DNA of 64,000 bases, taken from contig JAEWSJ010000037.1 in the NCBI GenBank assembly GCA_023398335.1, positions 2,521 to 66,520 of the forward strand, in the 5' to 3' direction. The first letter of the stretch is position 1. Every line of letters begins with the position of its first letter. Both the position numbers and the translations under genes were made by a program. Origin of the DNA: Bacillota bacterium. Its GTDB lineage: Bacteria > Bacillota_I > Bacilli_A > RFN20 > CAG-288. Shown here one piece after another: positions 38,519 to 48,119 of the stretch. The notes beneath the pieces were generated by a model. It made no database searches. It worked only from the letters and a program-made list of their open reading frames with translations, and was not told where the DNA came from.

Positions 38519-39580
38519 TTAACCAACGATAAAGTGCTGATAGATGTAAATCCCACCAATATAAAAACATGAAATCAAGATTAAGACTAGCAATGTAAGA
38601 CAGGCTGTTTTCAACAATTTATACTTTGCACGAGAAAAAACATCGTACATTCTTTTATAATTAGAAAGATCGACATCAGCAGCTTTAATAGAAGAAAACT
38701 TATAGATATCGTTATCTAACAAGGTCGAAGAAAGACAAGCGTTAAAGATATACTCAGCTAAACTTTGAGCAGTCTTATTGATATTTGATATAATCTTAGC
38801 TTTCTTACGTTTATAGAACTTTTTATAATAAGAATACAAACATAAATTTCTTGAAAAATAACACGCTAATAAAACAAAAGCAATCAGATATAACGCTGAA
38901 AGAATAAGTAAAGCATAAACGCCATAAAACCACAAAGACTTAAAGTCTATTTTAAGTAAAGAATTACGAACGTTCTCTTTATTTGACATACATATATATA
39001 TAATAAACGCAGTAGCAATAAGAGCAAAAAACGAATAAACCCCCATTACTAAATGAGATTTACGGACAATTGATTTCATACCTTCATTACCATGGGTTTT
39101 TTCCAATGGATAGATATATTTATCAATCGCTTCGTTTTTATAATATTCAACTTGTTTTGTTATCGCGTTAGCTTTGTAATTAATTTGATGCTCTGTGTCT
39201 GCAATTATGTCGTTAAATGATGTTTGTTTACTATCATACATCGTCATTAACTTACCTATAGATTTTGTTTTAACTTTATAGTCTTTTATGCATAAAGGAT
39301 TTAAATAGTACTGCTCAAAAGATAGTTCTGATAAATAATTAATACGAGACGCTAGAGTAATACTTTCAGCAAAGGTACTGATATTGTAATTAATCGATTT
39401 AAAATCGTAGACGAGCATGTTGGATTTCTTCATGTTAAATTGCTGAGCCCATTCAACATTTTCAACAAGGACTTTATACGCTTCCGATTTAACTACTCCC
39501 TCAACATAAGAAGAAGTAAAACGTGAAACATCTACACCAAAATTTTCCGCTAGCAATATAACTTTATCTATATTATTCAT
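38519..39580 (-). CDS. Hypothetical membrane protein (353 aa; cytoplasmic N-domain + 3 TM)
   Basis: TM segments near residues 175, 215 and 325. ATGA overlap with the upstream gene. Confidence 0.35.
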   Translation of the reverse strand: MNNIDKVILLAENFGVDVSRFTSSYVEGVVKSEAYKVLVENVEWAQQFNMKKSNMLVYDFKSINYNISTFAESITLASRINYLSELSFEQYYLNPLCIKDYKVKTKSIGKLMTMYDSKQTSFNDIIADTEHQINYKANAITKQVEYYKNEAIDKYIYPLEKTHGNEGMKSIVRKSHLVMGVYSFFALIATAFIIYICMSNKENVRNSLLKIDFKSLWFYGVYALLILSALYLIAFVLLACYFSRNLCLYSYYKKFYKRKKAKIISNINKTAQSLAEYIFNACLSSTLLDNDIYKFSSIKAADVDLSNYKRMYDVFSRAKYKLLKTACLTLLVLILISCFYIGGIYIYQHFIVG

Positions 39581-40089
39581 AATAAAAATTGCCTCACTCC
39601 GCGAATTATTTCAATTCCAAAGTCTAAGAATCCATCTTCAAACATAAAAGCACTTCCTAACAGCACTGTAAATATACAATATACCGAACCGAAGAAAGCA
39701 AAATACATAAGGATAAATATTACATGACTAATACGTGAAGATAACTTTTTCGGTTGCTTTTTATTTACAATGCTTACTTTTATGATGATTCCAATAATTA
39801 AATAAGTCACATAAAAGGAACAAAACAATACCACCCCATTATAGATAGAAGAATTATCTGTTCTGCCAATACTCTCCATAAAGCCGCTTAATAAATTTTC
39901 AGTAATATTAAAAAGAGATTTATATATACCAAATTGATTAAACGAATAATCAATATAAATAATACCAACTAATATTGCAGATGAAATAAGGCATGATAAA
40001 GCAGATTTAAACACATGATTGTACGATGCAAACACCGCAATCAATAGTACTAGTGCTAAAACGAAAATAAGAACATAAGATAATGTCAT
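39577..40089 (-). CDS. Hypothetical membrane protein (170 aa, 4-5 TM)
   Basis: Highly hydrophobic ORF directly downstream of the rluD-like gene. Confidence 0.35.
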   Translation of the reverse strand: MTLSYVLIFVLALVLLIAVFASYNHVFKSALSCLISSAILVGIIYIDYSFNQFGIYKSLFNITENLLSGFMESIGRTDNSSIYNGVVLFCSFYVTYLIIGIIIKVSIVNKKQPKKLSSRISHVIFILMYFAFFGSVYCIFTVLLGSAFMFEDGFLDFGIEIIRGVRQFLL

Positions 40090-40125
40090 TTATTTCTACC
40101 TATCCTACTTATATTTTATCATAAA

Positions 40126-41100
40126 TTATCTTTTATTCATTAAAGATAATAGAATATCCTGTTCCTTTTTTGGAAGTGGAGCTTCAAATTTCTTATTTGA
40201 CATATATGAGAGATAACCATCGATATCCTTAAATTCAAAAGTCGCAGCGTGTAAGAATTGAGATTTTAAATTATACTCCATGTCAAAATCTCTATTAATA
40301 TAATAATCTCCATACTTAGAATCCCCTACAATCGGATGTTGAATTGCTTGGAAATGAACTCTTAATTGATGTGTTCTACCTGTTACTAACTTAGCACGAA
40401 CCAAGGTAAAATCAGAACCAATTCTTTTTTCAACTTTATAAGTAGTAAGTGCAGTTTTTGCGCCCTTTTCAATTCGCCCAATTTTTACCATTCCTTTATC
40501 GTTGTCTTTAAGAAGTGGATAATCAATTCTTCCTTCGTTTGGCGTGCTACCTACTAACAAAGCTAAATAAGTCTTTTCAATATGAGTTTTTACTCTAAAT
40601 AATTCAAGCAGTTGTTGCAAAGTTGGTAAATTCTTACCAAAGATTAGAATGCCTGAGGTATTACGATCTAACCGATGAGCTGGCCCAGGAACAAATTTTG
40701 TTGGATTGTTAGGATCATATTCTTTCTTAGCAATTAAGTAATTCAAGAACATATTATGAAGAGTTATTCTCTTTTCACCTTCATCTCCGTGAACTAATAA
40801 ACCTTTTGGCTTATTTACTATAAGTAGATTTTCATCCTCATATAATATATCCATATCACATTTTACTGGACGAACAACGTTATTCTTTGAAAATTCTTCT
40901 AGTAAATCTTCTTTTATATAAACATCAACTATATCTCCTACTTTAGTAATATAGGATATATCCACTCTCTTTCCATTAACTTTTACGTCTTTTTGTCTAA
41001 ACATTTTATAGATAAAAGACAATGGAGCGGCATTCAATGTACGCTTGATTGTTTTATCTATTCTTTGGTTGGCATCTATTTCAGTTATTTCTATTTTCAT
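40126..41100 (-). CDS. RluA-family 23S rRNA pseudouridine synthase (RluD-like, S4 domain)
   Basis: Catalytic motif 'HRLDRNTSGILIF'. The N-terminus resembles an S4 domain. Confidence 0.8.
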   Translation of the reverse strand: MKIEITEIDANQRIDKTIKRTLNAAPLSFIYKMFRQKDVKVNGKRVDISYITKVGDIVDVYIKEDLLEEFSKNNVVRPVKCDMDILYEDENLLIVNKPKGLLVHGDEGEKRITLHNMFLNYLIAKKEYDPNNPTKFVPGPAHRLDRNTSGILIFGKNLPTLQQLLELFRVKTHIEKTYLALLVGSTPNEGRIDYPLLKDNDKGMVKIGRIEKGAKTALTTYKVEKRIGSDFTLVRAKLVTGRTHQLRVHFQAIQHPIVGDSKYGDYYINRDFDMEYNLKSQFLHAATFEFKDIDGYLSYMSNKKFEAPLPKKEQDILLSLMNKR

Positions 41101-41196
41101 ACACTAGATAATACCACAATTCAATTGACTAAAAAAAGTCTCTAGAGTAAACTTAATTTATGACTTTTAAATTTTAGCAAAAAGGAAGGCTTAATT

Positions 41197-42321
41197 ATGA
41201 ATTTTGTTTATGGTTATGAGAATCTCGATTCAACATGGAAAATGGTGTTGATAATTCTCTATTTGGTTATCGGATTATTATTGATTATTAAGGGTGGAGA
41301 TTTCTTCGTTGATTCCGCCTCATGGATTGCTGAAAGAACTGGTATTCCTAAGTTAATTATCGGAGCAACAATTGTCTCGCTTGCAACAACATTACCTGAA
41401 CTTCTAGTTTCTTGTTTTGCCGCTGCTGAAGGAGCGGTAAGTGGAACTTCTAGTGCGGTTGATATTGCAACGGGAAATGCCATTGGTTCAGTTATAGCTA
41501 ACACTGGGTTAATCATGTCTATATCAATTATATTCATGCCAGTTAAAATCGATAGAAAGGCATTTATCTTAAAGCCAATCATCTTATTAACATCAATTGC
41601 CCTCTTATTTATTTTCTCAATATTTGGCAATCTCTATGTATGGGAAGCTTGCATTCTATTTGTAATCTTAGCAATATTCTTTGCAGATAATATTTATTCC
41701 GCTATTAAAGAAACAAAAACTCGTACCGCTTTAGTTTCAGCTAATACTTCAATTGATTTACCAAAAGTAAACGTTCCTGTTGAACAAAAAGTCGAATCAA
41801 AAGAAGATATTGCTTCGATTGAAAAAGTTGATTCTTCAACTGAAAAAGCATCGAAGAAAAAAGAATTATGGGTCAACATACTTAAATTTGTCTTCGGTGT
41901 TGCTGGAATCGTCGTTGGTGCTCAGTTCTTAGTTGATAATGGTACTGAATTTGCAGTCATCCTTGGTGTCCCAGATAAAGTTATTGCAATCACAATTATT
42001 GCGATTGGTACATCTTTACCAGAATTAATTACAACTATTACCGCTATAATTAAGAAACAATCAGATCTCTCCGTTGGTAATATCATCGGAGCAAATATTA
42101 TTGATTTAACCTTGATCTTATCTCTTTGCTCATTTATCTATGGTGGTTCATTACCTATCTACAAATCAACATTATATCTTGATTTACCATTCTGTTTTGC
42201 TATTGTCTTTGTTGCCACAGTTCCAGCTTTAATTACAAAGAAGCTCCATAGATGGCAAGGCGTTGCGTGTTTAGTTCTCTACATTATTTATTTAACATTA
42301 TCCTGCGTATTAACATTCTAA
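41197..42321 (+). CDS. CaCA-family cation/Ca2+ antiporter (YrbG-like)
   Basis: Two alpha-repeat regions, 'GDFFVDSASWIAERTGI...GATIVSLATTLPEL' and 'GTSLPELITTITAI', separated by a hydrophilic loop. Confidence 0.75.
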   Translation: MNFVYGYENLDSTWKMVLIILYLVIGLLLIIKGGDFFVDSASWIAERTGIPKLIIGATIVSLATTLPELLVSCFAAAEGAVSGTSSAVDIATGNAIGSVIANTGLIMSISIIFMPVKIDRKAFILKPIILLTSIALLFIFSIFGNLYVWEACILFVILAIFFADNIYSAIKETKTRTALVSANTSIDLPKVNVPVEQKVESKEDIASIEKVDSSTEKASKKKELWVNILKFVFGVAGIVVGAQFLVDNGTEFAVILGVPDKVIAITIIAIGTSLPELITTITAIIKKQSDLSVGNIIGANIIDLTLILSLCSFIYGGSLPIYKSTLYLDLPFCFAIVFVATVPALITKKLHRWQGVACLVLYIIYLTLSCVLTF

Positions 42322-42343
42322 TTATATAAGTAGTATTTATCGA

Positions 42344-42387
42344 TTTGGAGCCGGCGTATCTATCCGGCTCCAAATTCTACTTTTTTT
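42344..42387 (+). terminator. Intrinsic terminator
   Basis: A GC-rich 11-bp stem TTTGGAGCCGG / CCGGCTCCAAA followed by a T7 run. Confidence 0.6.
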
Positions 42388-42438
42388 AAAAAAAGTCTAG
42401 TATTTTTTATTTATATCACTTATAATAATTAAGGCCTT

Positions 42439-42527
42439 GGAGCAATACCCAAGAGGCTGAAGGGGCGGGCTTGGAAAGCTCGTAGAAGGTAACACTTGCA
42501 AGGGTTCAAATCCCTTTTGCTCCGCCA
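42439..42527 (+). tRNA. tRNA-Ser (anticodon GGA)
   Basis: Manual fold: acceptor GGAGCAA/TTGCTCC; anticodon stem CGGGC/GCTCG with loop TTGGAAA (anticodon GGA); long variable arm; T-arm AAGGG-TTCAAAT-CCCTT; discriminator G; encoded CCA. 89 nt. Confidence 0.8.
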
Positions 42528-42539
42528 TTACAAAAACAC

Positions 42540-42571
42540 AAAGTGATGTTCTAAAAAACATCACTTTTTTT
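42540..42571 (+). terminator. Intrinsic terminator after tRNA-Ser
   Basis: An 11-bp stem AAAGTGATGTT / AACATCACTTT followed by T7. Confidence 0.65.
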
Positions 42572-42727
42572 GATGGATAAATGTTAATTAATCTTCTAAT
42601 TATAGAGAGATAAATTCAGTAATATTATCCTTCTTAACGTAATCATTAATAAAATAATTATACTAATAAAAAACCCCAATTAATCTAACCGATGAATCGT
42701 TTGATTTACTGGGGATAATATAAATAT

Positions 42728-43108
42728 TTATTTTACTTCAGCAATATCAGCTGTGGTCTCTTGTTTCTCTTGTTCAATAAGGGATTTAAGACGCTCAGCT
42801 TGTCTTTGTTTTCTTTCAGATACATGATCATATTTGTTAGCGTAATGATAGAATGTTGCAAGTAATAAAACCATTGCAATAAGACATAAGATTCCGCCGA
42901 ATAATCTAAAATCAACCATGAACGAAAGATTGAAAACTGTAGACATGGACTTTTGAGCTTGATAGATTGGGTTGTTTGCCAACTTACCAGATCCGTTGAA
43001 AGCGTAGATACCTAAGCAACAAAAGATAAAGCCACAAAGCCAGATTGCGCCGAAGATTGATAAGAGAACAATTTCTCTATACTTTGATGCTCTTTCTTTC
43101 TTTGTCAT
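42728..43108 (-). CDS. Hypothetical membrane protein (126 aa, 2-3 TM, charged C-tail)
   Basis: Hydrophobic ORF. No motif recognised. Confidence 0.35.
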   Translation of the reverse strand: MTKKERASKYREIVLLSIFGAIWLCGFIFCCLGIYAFNGSGKLANNPIYQAQKSMSTVFNLSFMVDFRLFGGILCLIAMVLLLATFYHYANKYDHVSERKQRQAERLKSLIEQEKQETTADIAEVK

Positions 43109-43113
43109 ATTAA

Positions 43114-44112
43114 TTACTTACCTTCAGATTCGTTTTTAACTTCAACATTAGCATTAGCTGCTTTGGCTTTTTCAATCATATCTCTTTCATAAGCTTGAAG
43201 TTGACCAAAGACAAGATTGAAGGCTTTAAGCCATACTTCACGATAAGAATCGATGACTGGTGCGAAGATTGTTTCAAATCCTTGCATTGCAGCTTGCATT
43301 GTTTGTCCTTCAGCTAATTTCTTCGATCCATCGAAATAATGGAATTGATCTTCCATTTTTGAAATCATATCAACGAAAATAACATCGGTACTCTTATTGT
43401 GTGTTTTTAAGAAATTGAAGAATCCCATAACTCTTGTCATTTCATTGGAAATGAAGGCACAGGAAGGATCAACTTTTGGATCAAATCCAGCTTGTGTAGT
43501 TGGATCAATTCCATTCTTTTGTCTTTCAGAAGAAATATAAGATTTAACAGCTCCTTGATATTCGATGAATTTTGCAACGAAATTAGAAGCGACACAACGG
43601 AAAGCGATAGAACGATAGAAAGGATCATCAACATTTAACAAAGCCTTTAAATCATCCTCAAGGTTACCATCTTTTTCAAATTGATTGGAGAAACCAAGAC
43701 AAATATCAGAAATGGTTTCATGTAAGCCAATAATATAATCAAGCATTTGTAAAGATAAACTTGATTCAACGGAGATAGCATCGTGATCAATTTTTACAAT
43801 TCTTGAATCATCACCATAGACATCATCAAAGAATTCTTGTACTTGAGAAGAAATTCTATCACCGATTGTTTGATTAGAATTTTCCTTTGAAGTATTTTCT
43901 CTATTATTATCACAAAAAACTCTGAATGGAGATTTTTCTTCAATAAGATGGGAAAACATTTGTTTACGAGACTTATAAATCTCAACATTATATCCATTTT
44001 TTGGAGCTGGAATTAAGTATTCCATCGAATCACGGATAATTACCCCTATTTCATAAATCGCCATTACATATCTTGTTTGTTCATTCATACTATTTTTTGT
44101 CCTCCATAGCAC
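43114..44112 (-). CDS. Hypothetical protein (about 330 aa)
   Basis: The ORF has no recognisable motifs. The start is possibly at the internal Met ('MNEQTRY'). Confidence 0.35.
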   Translation of the reverse strand: MLWRTKNSMNEQTRYVMAIYEIGVIIRDSMEYLIPAPKNGYNVEIYKSRKQMFSHLIEEKSPFRVFCDNNRENTSKENSNQTIGDRISSQVQEFFDDVYGDDSRIVKIDHDAISVESSLSLQMLDYIIGLHETISDICLGFSNQFEKDGNLEDDLKALLNVDDPFYRSIAFRCVASNFVAKFIEYQGAVKSYISSERQKNGIDPTTQAGFDPKVDPSCAFISNEMTRVMGFFNFLKTHNKSTDVIFVDMISKMEDQFHYFDGSKKLAEGQTMQAAMQGFETIFAPVIDSYREVWLKAFNLVFGQLQAYERDMIEKAKAANANVEVKNESEGK

Positions 44113-44165
44113 TTAACATTATAATACATCTTCAGTTTAATAATCTATATATTTTACACACAAAT

Positions 44166-45017
44166 CTACTTCAATTTGCCATCTTCAGTTAAGACGTAAT
44201 CTCTAAGAGAAAATACACCTTCAACCTCAGTATTCGCTTTTGCTTTTACAAAATCTTTTGCATGGGACATTACAAAGCTATTCTTAAAGTTATCAAACAT
44301 AGTGATGTCATTTTCAGAATCACCAATAACTGCTACTTCGTCCTCTTTTACGCCGATGAGTTCAAGATATTTTTTTAATGAATCAGCTTTATTTACGCCT
44401 TTTTTTGTAATTTCCATCGCATTTTTTGATTGTACTATTGTGAAATCATTACCATATAAATCTTCAAGAGCCATCTTGGCTTGTGCAGCGTTTTTGCACG
44501 CTTCTTTATTTATTCCAAAAACCGGCATCAATTTATATAAAGTATTATTTGTTATTGCGTTTATAAATGGCTTTTCGCCATTGATAAATTTCTCAGCGTA
44601 GGAGAAATTCAACGCATTCCCAATAATTGCTCCACATTGAATAATCTTTCCACCAATTTGAACGGTAATTTTTAAACTGTCTGTCGAATCAAACACCATC
44701 CAAATGCCTATACCAAATTTACCTTTTAAGTAATTATACATATTGAATACTTTTTCATTATCCATTGGAAAGGTTTCAACGTATTTTCCATTTTCGTAAA
44801 CGAAAGATCCATTGCAACCTACAATGCTAATTGGAATTCCTAGTTTATGTTCAACTTTAGAAGCGATTAAGTAATTTCTACCAGTAACTAAAACAACTTT
44901 TCCACCAGCATGATAAAAATCTTTCAAGAATTCAGCATTCTTTCGAGTCATTAAGGTTAGTTTTCTTTTTGGATAGAATAGGGTTCCATCCAAATCAGTT
45001 GCAATAAGTTTAATCAT
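44166..45017 (-). CDS. Cof-type HAD-IIB phosphatase
   Basis: 'LIATDLDGTLF' motif I and 'GDSENDITM' motif IV. Confidence 0.7.
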   Translation of the reverse strand: MIKLIATDLDGTLFYPKRKLTLMTRKNAEFLKDFYHAGGKVVLVTGRNYLIASKVEHKLGIPISIVGCNGSFVYENGKYVETFPMDNEKVFNMYNYLKGKFGIGIWMVFDSTDSLKITVQIGGKIIQCGAIIGNALNFSYAEKFINGEKPFINAITNNTLYKLMPVFGINKEACKNAAQAKMALEDLYGNDFTIVQSKNAMEITKKGVNKADSLKKYLELIGVKEDEVAVIGDSENDITMFDNFKNSFVMSHAKDFVKAKANTEVEGVFSLRDYVLTEDGKLK

Positions 45018-45024
45018 ATATTTA

Positions 45025-46389
45025 TTAATATTTCACTATGTTAGTTATTTTATCATTTTCTAAGTCTTTTGAAATAGAAAAGTCACCAAATAACGTATTT
45101 GGTACGTAACATGTCTCATAAGTCCCCTTTTCTGTATTTCTTTCTCGAACAAAATATACTGCAGCAGCGTCAGTATTAAAATTTTTATTTAATTCTTCCA
45201 GCATTTTATTTGCTTCATCCAAAGAATTTGTATTCATTAATGCAGTGGTATACATATCGCACAATCCCGCATCTGACATCTTTATTGTTACTGCGTCAAA
45301 AAAAGATTCCGAGTATCCAGTTAGTGGATTAATAATATGACATCTACGTTTGTAAGAGCCATCTTCTTGTGTAGCGTAAAAGTATTGCTCGTAATATCCG
45401 GAAGTTGATATGCCAAATTCTCCTTTAGAATGATATTCAACCTCAGTGCTATTTAATTCAGATACTCCACTAGGTCCATTAGGCCCAGATAATATTTCAT
45501 TATACAAAGGATTAGTAAAACTAATTCCCCAACTATTTCCATCAATTCGTGTATCAGTAAACTTCAAGGAGGAACTGCCTCCATTTAGAAGAACATTATA
45601 AGAAGAAAATTGTTCAGCAATCTTTTGGATAGCATAGCCTTTTCCAACTCCACCAAGAGTTAAGGAAGGAACAATATTTAGTTCAGTCAAACGTGGAACT
45701 GAATTAAATGTAACAGTACTATCGGTAGAATCCAATACTAAGTATTGTTTTAATTCATCGTAAGATAATACCGCTTTAGCTCCTTTTTCAACTAGAGAAG
45801 AAGAAGGATCTTCATATACCCATCTATTTTGATTAATAGATTCTTGATAATCCTTACTATCACTATCTTTTGTTGATGCTTTATCAATTTGCTCATTCCA
45901 AATCTCTGATAAATCACCGATAGATATATTAAATAAACCATTGCTGAACTTAGTCATCTCAACAGCGTCTTTTAGGGTGTTAAACAACACCGAATCAACT
46001 CTGATCTTATCACCAGTACCATAAGATTCATTAATAACACGCATATTATTAATAAGCTTATCATTTTCTTTGTAGAAATAATGCCTATCATAAAGAGCAT
46101 GATACTTCATGGATAAATATTGAAAATCATCTCTAAAAGTTGAAGGCACATTATCTTTTTTTAACTGAAATAGTACAGCTTGAAAAAAAGTATTAAAAGG
46201 ACTTAATGTACCTGTCATTGGGACTAATTCTTTATTATCGTTATAATCATACACTGTAATATCGCTGTTTTCAGTGAAGTTACCGGTATAAAATTGGGTT
46301 GCTTTATATTTATTACTCGGATCATCATCGCATCCACATAATAGCAATGCGGTACAAATGACAATAATTCCATTTACTATTTTCTTCAT
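45025..46389 (-). CDS. ApbE-family FAD:protein FMN transferase lipoprotein (Ftp)
   Basis: Lipobox 'LLCGC'. 'LGGVGKGYAIQKI', 'NGGSS' and 'SGYYEQYF...HIINPLTGY' follow the ApbE consensus. Confidence 0.7.
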   Translation of the reverse strand: MKKIVNGIIVICTALLLCGCDDDPSNKYKATQFYTGNFTENSDITVYDYNDNKELVPMTGTLSPFNTFFQAVLFQLKKDNVPSTFRDDFQYLSMKYHALYDRHYFYKENDKLINNMRVINESYGTGDKIRVDSVLFNTLKDAVEMTKFSNGLFNISIGDLSEIWNEQIDKASTKDSDSKDYQESINQNRWVYEDPSSSLVEKGAKAVLSYDELKQYLVLDSTDSTVTFNSVPRLTELNIVPSLTLGGVGKGYAIQKIAEQFSSYNVLLNGGSSSLKFTDTRIDGNSWGISFTNPLYNEILSGPNGPSGVSELNSTEVEYHSKGEFGISTSGYYEQYFYATQEDGSYKRRCHIINPLTGYSESFFDAVTIKMSDAGLCDMYTTALMNTNSLDEANKMLEELNKNFNTDAAAVYFVRERNTEKGTYETCYVPNTLFGDFSISKDLENDKITNIVKY

Positions 46390-46496
46390 TAAATATTACC
46401 TACTCTCCAAATCTTCCTAGGTGATATTTTAACATAGTAAAAGGCAAAAGAAAAGCGAGCACAACCGGCTCGCTTCTCCTAAAAAGGAGGAATGAC

Positions 46497-47036
46497 TTAC
46501 TCGTCTATTTCAATAACACCAAGATCTCCGCTTTCACGTTTGTAAAGAACAGAGATAAGACCTGTATCAGAATCTAAATAAATAAAGAATGAATGGTCAA
46601 GAGCTTCCATTCTTGCGGCTGCTTCTTCAGCATCCATTGGAACAAGTGCTAATTTCTTTCTCTTAACAATAACATCTAAATCTTCTTCAACTTCATCATC
46701 AATCATATCCATACGAATATTTTCAGATAAGCCAGCTTTTTTATGAATCTTAGTAAATTGAGTTTTGAATTTTCTCATTTGACCTTCAAGTTTATCAATA
46801 ACTAAATCAATTGCTTGATAAGCATCAGCTTGAGAAACTTTAGCTCTTAATTCTATATTTTTAGTAGTAACAGATATTTCTACTGTTTGATCATGATGGC
46901 CGACGGAAAATGTGACGAAGCATTTAACATTTGACTCGAGATCGAAATACTTGTCTAGTCTCGAAAGTTTCTTTTCTGTCTGTTCCTTCATGGCTGGAGT
47001 AACTTCAATACCTCTACCAATAATTTGACATCTCAT
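46497..47036 (-). CDS. hpf: Ribosome hibernation promoting factor (long HPF)
   Basis: 'MRCQIIGRGIEVTPAMKEQTEKKLSRLDKYF' matches the HPF/YfiA N-domain. The C-terminal dimerisation domain is present. Confidence 0.85.
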   Translation of the reverse strand: MRCQIIGRGIEVTPAMKEQTEKKLSRLDKYFDLESNVKCFVTFSVGHHDQTVEISVTTKNIELRAKVSQADAYQAIDLVIDKLEGQMRKFKTQFTKIHKKAGLSENIRMDMIDDEVEEDLDVIVKRKKLALVPMDAEEAAARMEALDHSFFIYLDSDTGLISVLYKRESGDLGVIEIDE

Positions 47037-47130
47037 ATTATGAATTCTCCTTTCAAGAATGTAACTGCTTACATTCTTCTTCTACCTTCATTATAGCATA
47101 TTTTTTTAAAAAATAAAGATATAAGGATTC

Positions 47131-47158
47131 AAAAAGAGCCTTTATTACGGGCTCATTT
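47131..47158 (-). terminator. Weak intrinsic terminator after speB
   Basis: On the minus strand, GAGCC-cgtaataaa-GGCTC followed by TTTTT. Confidence 0.35.
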
Positions 47159-47243
47159 TCAAAACATAACAATTCTTTAAATAGTTGATTTTTTTGATAT
47201 CGTTAATCAAAATATTAACTTGAATAAAGACGTCTAAAATAAT

Positions 47244-48119
47244 TTATTCATGTGAATGAAGTAATAAAACTACTTCTCTTAATACTTTACACGCTACTTG
47301 AGTTGAGACATGTGAAGCATCATAATCCGGTGATAACTCAACCATATCAGCTCCAACGAGATTATTTAATTTTCTCATTGTAAGAATCGCATCTTCTAAT
47401 TCCTTAAATGTTATTCCACCGGCTTCAGGTGTACCTGTACCTGGGAAAATAGAAGGATCAAGAACATCTAAATCGATAGTTAAATAGACTGGTTTATCCT
47501 TTAATTCATTGACAACTTCTTCAAGTCCTTTGGTATCAAAGCAATGTTGATGAATATGCTTTTCAGCCCACTCAAATTCACTTCTATCACCACTTCTTAT
47601 TCCAAATTGATATAAATTGCCTTCGTTCAACATGTCATAGCATTTTCTTAATACTGTCGCATGTGATAGTTCACGACCCAAAAATTCAGTTCGTAAATCG
47701 GTATGGGCATCAAAGTGAATAATGTTCAAATCTGGGTATTTCTTAATGTATTCTCTGATTGTTCCATATGTGACTAGATGTTCTCCACCAATCATCATAG
47801 TTTTTTTGTTATCGGATAAAATGAGTTTTGTAACACGGGAGATTTCTTTTAAATCTTTATCTACATCTCCCATTGGTAAATCAAGATCACCAATATCGCA
47901 AGTTCCATAATCTTTTAAATCCATCTTCATATATGGAGAATACCACTCCATACCAATGCTATCTTGTCTTATAGCAGGACCCGCAAAACGAGTTCCTGGT
48001 CTAAATGAACAAGTTGCATCCATCGGTGAAGAAAAGATAACTACCGATGAATCACCATATTCCTTATCGCATGATTGGAATACTGACAAATTTCTTTTAA
48101 ATCTATTTTTAGAAGTCAT
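47244..48119 (-). CDS. speB: Agmatinase (ureohydrolase family)
   Basis: Mn-binding motifs 'HFDAHTDL' and 'SIDLDVLDP'. Confidence 0.75.
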   Translation of the reverse strand: MTSKNRFKRNLSVFQSCDKEYGDSSVVIFSSPMDATCSFRPGTRFAGPAIRQDSIGMEWYSPYMKMDLKDYGTCDIGDLDLPMGDVDKDLKEISRVTKLILSDNKKTMMIGGEHLVTYGTIREYIKKYPDLNIIHFDAHTDLRTEFLGRELSHATVLRKCYDMLNEGNLYQFGIRSGDRSEFEWAEKHIHQHCFDTKGLEEVVNELKDKPVYLTIDLDVLDPSIFPGTGTPEAGGITFKELEDAILTMRKLNNLVGADMVELSPDYDASHVSTQVACKVLREVVLLLHSHE

